Assembly: GCA_015063695.1 (NCBI GenBank)
Contig: SVTQ01000008.1
Span: 5,116-69,115 of the forward strand
Reading direction: 5' to 3'
Length of the DNA: 64,000 nt
Origin: Oscillospiraceae bacterium
GTDB lineage: Bacteria; Bacillota; Clostridia; Oscillospirales; CAG-272
The translations under genes and the position numbers were made by a program. Shown piece after piece: positions 55,591 through 64,000 of the stretch; within the stretch, counting starts at the first letter, position 1; every line of letters begins with the position of its first letter. The notes beneath the pieces were generated by a model. That model made no database searches, was not told the origin of the DNA, and saw only the letters and a list, made by a program, of their open reading frames with translations.

Positions 55591-56856
55591 ATGGAAAGCA
55601 TCAGAAAACCCAGAGGTACCATGGACGTACTCGCACCCGACGTGTACACATGGCAGTATATCGAAAGCACGGCAAGAAGAGTTGCCTCAAAATTCGGCTT
55701 CGACGAGATCAGGACCCCCACCTTTGAAGAGCTTGCGCTCTTCTCACGAGGTGTCGGCGAATGTACCGACGTTGTTCAGAAGGAAATGTACACCTTCGAG
55801 GACAAGGAAGGAAAGCTCTTCGCCCTCAGACCCGAAGGAACGGCATCCGTCGCAAGAGCTCTTATCGAAAACGGAAAGTGCTCCGACACTCTTCCCATAA
55901 AGCTCTCCTACATCATCAACTGCTTCAGATACGAAAAGCCCCAGGCAGGCAGAAGCCGCGAATTTGAGCAGTTCGGCGTTGAAATGTTCGGTTCTTCCGA
56001 TGCGGGAGCTGACTTCACCGTTATCTCACTTGCGGCAAGCCTTCTCACAGAGCTCGGCATCGGAAACATCTCTCTCCACGTAAACTCTATCGGATGTCCT
56101 GACTGCCGTCCCTCCTACAGAGCTGCTCTCGTTGAATATTTCGAAAAGAACGCAGACGGACTTTGCGATACGTGTAAAACAAGACTTAAGACCAACCCTC
56201 TCAGAGTTCTTGACTGTAAGTGCGAGAGCTGTAAGAAGCTTGCTGAAAACGCACCCAAGACCATCGACCACCTTTGCGAGGGCTGTAAGAACCACATGGA
56301 TAAGCTCACCGCCATGCTTGATGCCTGCGGTCTGAACTACGTTATAGATACACACATCGTCCGCGGACTTGACTACTACACAAAGACAGTATTTGAATTC
56401 ATCGCCGAAGGCATCGGCGCACAGAGCACCGTTTGCGGCGGCGGCAGATACGACGGACTCGTAAAAGAGCTCGGCGGCCCCGCTCTCCCCGCCTGCGGCT
56501 TTGCAATGGGTATCACAAGACTTATCCTTGCAATGGAGCAGAACGGCGTAAAGGTGCCCGGAAAGAACGCTCCCGCACTCTATATCGCATCCATGGGTCA
56601 GACGGCGCAGATAAAGGCGCAGGAGATCGTTTGGAACCTCCGAAAAGAAGGCATCTATGCGGAATGTGACGTTGTGGGCAGAAGCCTTAAGGCACAGATG
56701 AAATACGCCGACAAAACGGGAGCTATGAAGGTTCTCATCATCGGCGACAGCGAGCTTGAAAGCGGCCGCGCAATGCTCCGCGATATGACAGGCGCAATGG
56801 GCGAAAACACACAGACAGAGATCGAAATTGCAAAGGTTGCAGAATATCTCAGATAA
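55591..56856 (+). CDS. hisS: Histidine-tRNA ligase
   Basis: PRGTMD, LRPEGTA, FRYEKPQAGR.REF.Q, VRGLDYY, GGGRYD. Confidence 0.96.
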   Translation: MESIRKPRGTMDVLAPDVYTWQYIESTARRVASKFGFDEIRTPTFEELALFSRGVGECTDVVQKEMYTFEDKEGKLFALRPEGTASVARALIENGKCSDTLPIKLSYIINCFRYEKPQAGRSREFEQFGVEMFGSSDAGADFTVISLAASLLTELGIGNISLHVNSIGCPDCRPSYRAALVEYFEKNADGLCDTCKTRLKTNPLRVLDCKCESCKKLAENAPKTIDHLCEGCKNHMDKLTAMLDACGLNYVIDTHIVRGLDYYTKTVFEFIAEGIGAQSTVCGGGRYDGLVKELGGPALPACGFAMGITRLILAMEQNGVKVPGKNAPALYIASMGQTAQIKAQEIVWNLRKEGIYAECDVVGRSLKAQMKYADKTGAMKVLIIGDSELESGRAMLRDMTGAMGENTQTEIEIAKVAEYLR

Positions 56857-56889
56857 AACGTGCGGGATATACGAAAGGAACGAATTTCA

Positions 56890-58680
56890 ATGAATAACAG
56901 ATTTGAAAAAACAGACAGAAGAACTCACTACTGCGGTACCCTTACCGCGGCAAATATCGGCGAAAGAGTTGCAGTTGTAGGCTGGTGCCAGAAGCAGAGA
57001 GACCTTGGCGCCCTCATCTTCATCGACCTTCGCGACAGAACGGGCATGGTTCAGCTTGCATTTGACGAAGCAACTGAGAAGTCCATCTTCGACGCGGCCT
57101 TCGGTGTTCGCGCAGAATATGTTCTCGCGGCTCAGGGCGTAGTTCGCTCAAGAGGCGCAGAAGCGGTAAACAAGAATATGGCAACAGGTGAGATAGAGAT
57201 CGCAGTTGACGGCTTCAAGATCCTCTCCGCCGCAAAGACTCCCCCCTTCGCAATAGTCGAAAACAGCGACGTTAAGAGCGAGCTCAGACTTACTCACAGA
57301 TATCTTGACCTCCGCCGTCCCGACATGGCAGGAAACCTTATCGCAAGAAGCAAGATCACAAAGCTTGCAAGAGACTACTACCACGAAAACGGCTTTATCG
57401 ACGTGGAAACCCCCATACTCGTAAAGCCCACACCCGAAGGAGCAAGAGACTATCTCGTTCCCAGCCGTGTTCACCCCGGCAAGTTCTATGCTCTTCCCCA
57501 GTCTCCTCAGATCTACAAGCAGCTTCTCATGTGCTCCGGCTTTGACCGCTACATTCAGATAGCCCGCTGCTTCAGAGACGAAGACCTGAGAGCCGACAGA
57601 CAGCCCGAGTTCACACAGATAGACCTTGAAATGTCCTTCGTAACCGAAGACGACGTTATCGCAGTAAACGAAGGCTTTATCAAGCACGTTTTTGAAAACT
57701 TCATGAACCTTCCCCTTGAGGTCCCCTTCAAGAGAATGACCTGGCACGAAGCGATGGAGCGCTACGGCTCCGACAAGCCCGACACACGCTTTGAAATGGA
57801 GCTCTGCGACATTTCCGACATCGCGGCAGGCTGCGGCTTCGGCGTATTCAGCGGCGCAGTAGCAGACGGCGGCAGCGTAAGAGGTATCACCGTCAAGGGC
57901 GGCGCGTCCATGTCCAGAAAAGAGATCGACTCCCTCGTTGAGTTCGTAAAGTCTTACGGAGCAAAGGGTCTCGCATGGTACAAGAATGCAGAGGGCGCAG
58001 TTTCCTCCTCCTTCGCTAAGTTCCTCACAGAGGACGAAGTAAACGCTCTTCTCACAAAGATGAACGTTGAAACAGGTGACCTTGTCCTCATCGTTGCGGC
58101 AAAGAACAAGGTAGTATTCGACTCCCTCGGCGCACTCAGATGCGAGGTCGCAAAGAGAATGGGACTTATCGACAAGTCAAAATTCAACTTCCTCTGGGTA
58201 ACGGAATTCCCTCTCCTCGAGTACAGCGAAGAGGACGGCAGATACTACGCAATGCACCACCCCTTCACAATGCCCATGGACGAGGATATCGAAAAGCTTG
58301 ACACTGCTCCCGGCGAAGTCCGCGCAAAGGCATACGATATCGTCCTCAACGGCACGGAGCTTGGCGGCGGTTCCATTCGAATTCACTCCGAAGAGCTTCA
58401 GAGCAAGATGTTCTCCGTTCTCGGTATCGGCGAAGAAGAAGCACAGGTCAAGTTCGGCTTCCTTCTTGACGCATTCAAGTACGGCGTACCTCCCCACGGC
58501 GGTCTCGCATTCGGTCTTGACAGACTTGTAACACTCCTGCTCGGACTTGAAGATATCCGTGACGTTATCGCCTTCCCCAAGGTACAGAACGCGTCCGAGC
58601 TTATGTCCAAGTGTCCTGCACCTGCTGATGCTAAGGCACTTGAGGAGCTCTGCATCGCAGTAACGGCCGAAGAAGAATAA
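56890..58680 (+). CDS. aspS: Aspartate-tRNA ligase
   Basis: RTHYCG, FIDLRD, PEGARDY, LPQSPQ, FRDEDLRADRQPEFTQ, HHPFT, PPHGG; start set to ATG 56890. Confidence 0.96.
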   Translation: MNNRFEKTDRRTHYCGTLTAANIGERVAVVGWCQKQRDLGALIFIDLRDRTGMVQLAFDEATEKSIFDAAFGVRAEYVLAAQGVVRSRGAEAVNKNMATGEIEIAVDGFKILSAAKTPPFAIVENSDVKSELRLTHRYLDLRRPDMAGNLIARSKITKLARDYYHENGFIDVETPILVKPTPEGARDYLVPSRVHPGKFYALPQSPQIYKQLLMCSGFDRYIQIARCFRDEDLRADRQPEFTQIDLEMSFVTEDDVIAVNEGFIKHVFENFMNLPLEVPFKRMTWHEAMERYGSDKPDTRFEMELCDISDIAAGCGFGVFSGAVADGGSVRGITVKGGASMSRKEIDSLVEFVKSYGAKGLAWYKNAEGAVSSSFAKFLTEDEVNALLTKMNVETGDLVLIVAAKNKVVFDSLGALRCEVAKRMGLIDKSKFNFLWVTEFPLLEYSEEDGRYYAMHHPFTMPMDEDIEKLDTAPGEVRAKAYDIVLNGTELGGGSIRIHSEELQSKMFSVLGIGEEEAQVKFGFLLDAFKYGVPPHGGLAFGLDRLVTLLLGLEDIRDVIAFPKVQNASELMSKCPAPADAKALEELCIAVTAEEE

Positions 58681-58703
58681 TCAAAAAACTCCTGACGGTA
58701 AGA

Positions 58704-58729
58704 CGGGAGGAGGCAAGCCCCTCCCCTAC
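58704..58729 (-). repeat. GTAG-type REP
   Basis: Reverse complement GTAGGGGAGGGGCTTGCCTCCTCCCG. Confidence 0.7.
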
Positions 58730-58834
58730 CGTTTCACCATATGATATAAAAAGCACTGTTGTCCCACAAAGACAAAAGTGCTTTTTCTCCCCTTTACTAC
58801 TTATTTTAACAAACCACTGATTTTAAACAAAAGA

Positions 58835-60667
58835 ATGAAGAAAGAAAACCAAAAGAAAAAAGAAAGAAAAGAGACCGTCTCTCTTATATGGGGCTTTCTG
58901 AAGGGAAGCCGTCTGTTTTTTGCCGTCAGTATAATTTCTGCGGCGCTGATGGCTCTTGCGGATATGATAAGCCCTCAGATAATAAGAGCGGCGGTGGACA
59001 ACGCCATCGGAGGAAACAAGCCCGAGTTTCCAAAGTTCGTTATGAGCTTTGTGAACAGAATAGGCGGCTTTGAATATCTCGGAAAAAATCTCCACGTAAT
59101 GGCGCTTGCGGTAGTTGTTGTCGCCGCGGTCAAGGTGCTGTCTCAGTATGCCTTCCGCGTGTTCAATGCAAAGGGCTCCGAGACCCTCGTTAAAAATATG
59201 AGAGACACACTGTACTCTCATATCGAGCGTCTTCCCTTCTCATGGCACATGAAGAACAAAACGGGAGACATCATTCAGAGATGCACCTCGGATATTGAAA
59301 CGCTCAAAAGATTTATTTCCGAGCAGATGACCTCTATCTTCAGAATAGTCATCCTTCTTGTGCTCTCCGTGGTGTTCATGCTCTCCATGAATATCCCCCT
59401 GACCCTTATCGCAGTTATTCCGATGCCCATAATCATTCTTTACTCCATGTACTTCCATAAGAACATACGCAAGGGATTCAGAGAATGTGACGAAAACGAG
59501 GGCAAGCTCTCCGCCATGGCGCAGGAGAACCTGACGGGAGTGCGCGTTGTCAGAGCCTTCGGACGTGAAAGCTTCGAAAAGGAGCGCTTCGAGAAGCATA
59601 ACGAGTTCTACACGGGACTTTGGGTCAGAATGGCAAAGCTTATGAGCCGTTTCTGGGCAACGCTCGACGTGCTCTCGGGGCTTCAGATAATGCTTATAAT
59701 CGTCTTCGGCGCAGTGTTCTGCATCAAGGGACAAATGACCTCGGGCGAATATATCGCCTTTATCTCCTACAACGCCCTTCTCGTGTGGCCCATACGAATG
59801 CTGGGCAGAATGCTCTCGGAAATGAGCAAGGCTCAGGTTGCGATAGAGAGAATTAAATACATAACCGACACCGAAGAGGAAAAGGACAAAAAGGGCGCGG
59901 TGTGCGCCGATATGAGCGGCGACATTGAATTTAAAAACGTCAGCTTTGCCTACGAGGGCTGTCCCGAGATACTCCACGATATAAATCTGAAAATCAAAAG
60001 CGGAACGACCCTCGGAATTCTCGGCGGCACGGGAAGCGGTAAGACCACCCTTATGCTCCTTCTTGACAAGCTTTACGGGCTTGCCCCCGAAATGGGACAA
60101 ATAACCGTCGGCGGAGTAGATATTGCCGACATCAAAACCGAACACCTCAGAAAGAATATCGGCATAGTCCTGCAGGAGCCCTACCTTTTCTCGGGAACCA
60201 TCCTCCAGAATATCGGTATCACCTCGGAAAGTATTGACAAGGAAACCGTAGAAAATGCGGCTAAAGCAGCTTGCCTTGACGAGACCGTAAAGAATTTTGC
60301 CTCGGGCTATGAAACTTTCGTAGGTGAGCGCGGCATCACCCTCTCGGGCGGTCAGAAGCAGAGATGCGCCATCGCGAGAGTGCTGACCAAAAAGACCCCC
60401 ATCATGATATTCGACGACTCTCTCTCGGCAGTTGACACCGAAACGGATGCAAAAATAAGAGCCTCCCTCGAAGCACTTTTCGGAGAGGCGACCATCATTA
60501 TAATATCCCACAGAATAACCACCCTCTCAAAAGCAGACAATATCATCGTTCTTGACAAAGGCCGTATCATCGAGGAAGGTCCCCACGAAAAGCTGAAGAG
60601 CGCAGGGGGAATATATCAGAAGATATACGAAATTCAGTCGGGTACGGGAGAGGAGGTGCCGGCATGA
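58835..60667 (+). CDS. ABC exporter, fused permease/ATPase (heterodimer subunit, degenerate site)
   Basis: GGTGSGKT, LSGGQ, IFDDS (Asp in place of the catalytic Glu); start uncertain (58835 or 58778). Confidence 0.9.
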   Translation: MKKENQKKKERKETVSLIWGFLKGSRLFFAVSIISAALMALADMISPQIIRAAVDNAIGGNKPEFPKFVMSFVNRIGGFEYLGKNLHVMALAVVVVAAVKVLSQYAFRVFNAKGSETLVKNMRDTLYSHIERLPFSWHMKNKTGDIIQRCTSDIETLKRFISEQMTSIFRIVILLVLSVVFMLSMNIPLTLIAVIPMPIIILYSMYFHKNIRKGFRECDENEGKLSAMAQENLTGVRVVRAFGRESFEKERFEKHNEFYTGLWVRMAKLMSRFWATLDVLSGLQIMLIIVFGAVFCIKGQMTSGEYIAFISYNALLVWPIRMLGRMLSEMSKAQVAIERIKYITDTEEEKDKKGAVCADMSGDIEFKNVSFAYEGCPEILHDINLKIKSGTTLGILGGTGSGKTTLMLLLDKLYGLAPEMGQITVGGVDIADIKTEHLRKNIGIVLQEPYLFSGTILQNIGITSESIDKETVENAAKAACLDETVKNFASGYETFVGERGITLSGGQKQRCAIARVLTKKTPIMIFDDSLSAVDTETDAKIRASLEALFGEATIIIISHRITTLSKADNIIVLDKGRIIEEGPHEKLKSAGGIYQKIYEIQSGTGEEVPA

Positions 60668-62460
60668 AAAACGAAAAGCTCCCCTTTTTCGGAGTGGGAA
60701 AAATAATTCCCTTCATGAAAAAATACCGCATGACCGTTATAGCTATGATCCTCTACGGTCTCGGCGGAAGCGTTATCGACGTTCTTCAGCCTCTCTTCCA
60801 GAGATACGCACTCAATGAGTTCGTAGGAGAAAACAGTCTCAGAACACTTCCCCTGTTCCTTGCGATCTACGTCGGCGTTATCGCCTTCACGGGTGTTGTG
60901 AACTACATCTCCTGCGCCCTTGCCATGAAGGTGGAGGTCAGCATAAACCGCGACCTTCGAAATGCCGCCTTTTCAAGACTGCAGGAACTGTCCTTCTCCT
61001 ACTTCAACAGAAACAGCGTAGGCTATATCCACGCGAGAATTATGAGCGACACCTCGAGAATAGGCTCCCTCGTTTCATGGTCGCTGATGGACAGCGTATG
61101 GCATCTTTCTTACCTCCTCGGAGCAGTTGCCGTAATGCTTGCGGTAAACGCAAGGCTCGCCCTTCTCGTTATCCTCATAATACCCCTCATCGCCATTCTC
61201 TTTTCCCTGTTCCAGGGTAAGCTCATAAGGGTAAACCGCGAGGTGCGTGAGATAAACTCAAAGATAACGAGCAACTTCAACGAAGGTATTACGGGTGCCA
61301 AGACCATCAAGTCCCTTGTTATTGAGGAGAAGATGGAAAAAAGCTTCACAAAAGATACCGCGGAAATGAAGCATAAGTCGGTAAACGCCGCAAGGCTTCG
61401 CGGACTCTTCTCCGCCACCATGAATTTTGCTTCCTCCCTCGCCCTCGCCATCGTGCTATGGAGAGGGGGATATATTGCCGCATCGGAGGTTGGTACCTTC
61501 TCCATGTTCATGTCCTACGCACAGGGCATGATGGAGCCTGTCCGCTGGATAATCGACTCCATATCCGACCTTATCACCACAAGGGTAAACATCGAGCGTC
61601 TTTCAAAGCTTCTCGAAACTGAGCCCGACGTAAAGGACACCCCCGAGGTCATAGAAAAATACGGCGATGCCTTTGAGCCGAAAAAAGAAAACTGGGAGCC
61701 CATAAAGGGCGAGATAGAATTCTGCGGCGTTGACTTCAAATATCCCGACGGCGAGGAATACATACTCGAAAACTTTGATCTGAAGATACCCTTCGGCTCA
61801 AACGTTGCCATCGTCGGCGAAACCGGAGCCGGAAAATCCACTCTCGTAAACCTCGTCTGCAGATTTTTCGAGCCCACGGGGGGCAAGGTTCTTATTGACG
61901 GAAAGGATGCAAGAGAGCGCTCACAGCTCTGGCTCCACTCCTCCATCGGCTACGTGCTCCAGACACCCCATCTGTTCTCGGGCACGGTAAGAGAAAACCT
62001 GCTCTACGGAAATCCCGATGCAACGGAAACGGATATCGAAAGAGCCCTCGCCCTCGTTTCCGCCGAGGACGTTATAAAGAAGCTTGAACACGGTCTTGAC
62101 ACCGATGTGGGCGAAGGAGGCGACATGCTCTCTACGGGAGAAAAACAGCTTCTCTCCTTTGCAAGAGCAATTCTCGGCGACCCGAAGATACTTGTTCTTG
62201 ACGAGGCAACCGCCTCAGTCGATACCATAACCGAGCAGAAGATACAGTCCGCCATCGACACTGTCATCAAGGGCAGAACTTCAATAGTTATCGCCCACCG
62301 CCTTTCCACCGTAAAGAATGCGGACGTGATACTCGTCGTAAAGGACGGAAAGATAATCGAAAGAGGCGCACACTCCGAGCTCATAAAGGCAAAAGGACAC
62401 TACTATAATCTCTATACCCGCCAGTACGAGGACGAGGCAACGAATTCTCTTCTCGGATAA
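60664..62460 (+). CDS. ABC exporter, fused permease/ATPase (heterodimer subunit)
   Basis: GETGAGKST, LSTGEKQ, LDEAT, IAHRLST. Confidence 0.92.
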   Translation: MKNEKLPFFGVGKIIPFMKKYRMTVIAMILYGLGGSVIDVLQPLFQRYALNEFVGENSLRTLPLFLAIYVGVIAFTGVVNYISCALAMKVEVSINRDLRNAAFSRLQELSFSYFNRNSVGYIHARIMSDTSRIGSLVSWSLMDSVWHLSYLLGAVAVMLAVNARLALLVILIIPLIAILFSLFQGKLIRVNREVREINSKITSNFNEGITGAKTIKSLVIEEKMEKSFTKDTAEMKHKSVNAARLRGLFSATMNFASSLALAIVLWRGGYIAASEVGTFSMFMSYAQGMMEPVRWIIDSISDLITTRVNIERLSKLLETEPDVKDTPEVIEKYGDAFEPKKENWEPIKGEIEFCGVDFKYPDGEEYILENFDLKIPFGSNVAIVGETGAGKSTLVNLVCRFFEPTGGKVLIDGKDARERSQLWLHSSIGYVLQTPHLFSGTVRENLLYGNPDATETDIERALALVSAEDVIKKLEHGLDTDVGEGGDMLSTGEKQLLSFARAILGDPKILVLDEATASVDTITEQKIQSAIDTVIKGRTSIVIAHRLSTVKNADVILVVKDGKIIERGAHSELIKAKGHYYNLYTRQYEDEATNSLLG

Positions 62461-62473
62461 AGGACCAACCATA

Positions 62474-62572
62474 GCCTTCTCCTGAGTGCCCATTCCCCAG
62501 AAATCGTCGTAAACTCCGATTTCCCGGGGGCCCCAAGGACCGAAGGGGGACCACGGAGTGGTGGATGAGGAG
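62474..62572 (+). repeat. Double-hairpin repeat with an internal palindromic insert
   Basis: AGCCTTCTCCTGAG[insert]GAAGGGGGACCACGGAGTGGTGGATGAGGAG. Confidence 0.65.
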
Positions 62573-62708
62573 TTACATTGAAGTTAGGCTGCCATCTCCC
62601 CCACCGTGGAAAGCTTCTTTTACCCTCGTCTTACTCGATTGATTTTTCTCATCATAGCTAAATCACATTACAAAAGAGAACCCCATGAGCATTAAAACTC
62701 ATGGGGTT

Positions 62709-62851
62709 CAGACTAAGAGAAACGCAGGTAGATTTGGCGGGCATTTTGCCCGCCTTTTTTCGATGTTTGATAATTATTATATCAAGAAAGATTTATTATA
62801 TACAAATGGTTTTACTTACATCTGCGTTATACCAAGTTTATCTTCGGTCTG
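62709..62851 (-). mobile_element. MITE copy 5, internally deleted and diverged
   Basis: CAGACTAAGAGAAACGCAGGTAGATTTGGCG...TTATACCAAGTTTATCTTCGGTCTG at the foot of hairpin 62679-62708; lacks the 27-bp terminal palindrome. Confidence 0.75.
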
Positions 62852-62852
62852 A

Positions 62853-64000
62853 TTACTGTTCATTCTTTATCGATGCCTTATTCGCCTCATGTCCCGCAAC
62901 GTTTGTTGCAAAGAGAGTCGTTCCGCTCTTGGAGGAAACGAAGAAATAATAGTTTGTATCCGCAGGATAAAGAGCATATTTAAGAGCGTTCATACCGGGG
63001 TTTGCAATAGCTCCGGGAGGAAGGCCGTTGTTCTGATAGGTGTTATAGGGGCTGACGTAGCTTATGGTCTCGCCCGTTACGTCGGTAGGTCTCTCACCCG
63101 TCAGATGATGGATAGCGTAAACTACCGTCGCATCACTTTCAAGACGGGGATAGGTTCCCGCATTATTCAGTCTGTTGTGGAAAACGGAGGAAACGTTTCT
63201 GAAGTCCGAGGAGAAGCCTGCTTCCTTTTCTATCATGGAAGCGAGAGTCACCACCTGGTCGGTAGTAAAGCCTATCTCGTCGGCTCTTGCCTTATAAGCC
63301 TCGGTATAGACCTCGGAAAACCTCTTCAGCATCTTGTTGATTACGGTGTAAGCATCGGAAGCGTTGTAGAATTCATAGGTGTCGGGGAAGAGATAGCCTT
63401 CAAGACGGTAAAATCTGTCCTCGCTCCAACCGTTTGCATCAAGCTCTTCAACGAACCAATAGTCAAACTCGCCTTCGTTGATGACCTTGGCATAGTCCTC
63501 CTTCGTTCCGCCTATCTCATAGGAGAGCATAAGATCGATTATCTCGTCAACGGTGTAGCCTTCGGGAATAGTTATCCATGAAGTACCCGAAACTCTCTTA
63601 GGCTTGAATTCATAGAAGAGGCTCTTGTAGTTCATCATGGGAGAAACGCTGTAATCTCCCGCAACGTAGTTTTCCTCGATCTCCTTGATGCTTCCGTAGA
63701 GAGAGAAAATGCCTTTGTACTTAATAACGCCGTTCTGATAAAGTATCTCCGCTATATCGTCCGTCGTAGCATTTTCGGGGATCGTTACCTCAATTACCTC
63801 GTCGGACTTTACGAATGCAAAAACGTCGTTGCCAACGTTGATTGCAAATACGGAAATGACCGCCGCAATAACCGTTACGAAAACGAGATAGATCACGGCA
63901 ACGACCATGCTTCTCACAAGATGGCTTCCCGTGTCGGAAGACTTCTTATTGTCGGGCCTACGCGCTTTACTCTGCTTTTCAACCTGTTGGCTGACATCGG
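62853..64000 (-). CDS. mltG: Endolytic transglycosylase MltG (5' end lies beyond the window)
   Basis: TIPEG, LEGYLFPDTYEF, LASMIEKE, FHNRL, SPYNTY, GLPPGAIANPG; frame stays open to 64000. Confidence 0.92.
   Translation of the reverse strand, partial: DVSQQVEKQSKARRPDNKKSSDTGSHLVRSMVVAVIYLVFVTVIAAVISVFAINVGNDVFAFVKSDEVIEVTIPENATTDDIAEILYQNGVIKYKGIFSLYGSIKEIEENYVAGDYSVSPMMNYKSLFYEFKPKRVSGTSWITIPEGYTVDEIIDLMLSYEIGGTKEDYAKVINEGEFDYWFVEELDANGWSEDRFYRLEGYLFPDTYEFYNASDAYTVINKMLKRFSEVYTEAYKARADEIGFTTDQVVTLASMIEKEAGFSSDFRNVSSVFHNRLNNAGTYPRLESDATVVYAIHHLTGERPTDVTGETISYVSPYNTYQNNGLPPGAIANPGMNALKYALYPADTNYYFFVSSKSGTTLFATNVAGHEANKASIKNEQ

Overview
A 64 kb chromosomal segment from a spore-forming Clostridia-like Firmicute (spoIIR with a sigma-F-type promoter; moderate-GC core genes). 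Most of it is housekeeping or cell-envelope genes: split metH, metF, htpG, birA, pgm, ileS, mreB-like, nfo, rsmA, glyQS, hisS-aspS, mltG, a cpsBCD/capD locus, a WecA/O-antigen-ligase/LCP locus and two ABC systems. It also has an orphan glycyl-radical enzyme with its activase and four tRNA genes. The most unusual material is non-coding and clusters at tRNA 3' ends. (1) Three four-helix-bundle (Avd/IVP-like) genes lie downstream of tRNA 3' ends behind leaders with five tandem 7-bp repeats in a shared A-B-A'-B' pairing layout. (2) A decayed low-GC island at tRNA-Arg(CCT) carries an acyl-CoA ligase behind a structured attenuator-like leader. (3) Two tandem 481-bp non-coding units contain sense and antisense fragments of the tRNA-Glu 3' end. 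(4) Five copies of a ~232-bp MITE sit at hairpins, and four of them duplicate the whole hairpin. (5) A REP-associated tyrosine transposase has REPs inside its own reading frame, with about ten dispersed REPs and nested mini-palindromes. All calls come from reading the sequence by eye; no database searches were run.
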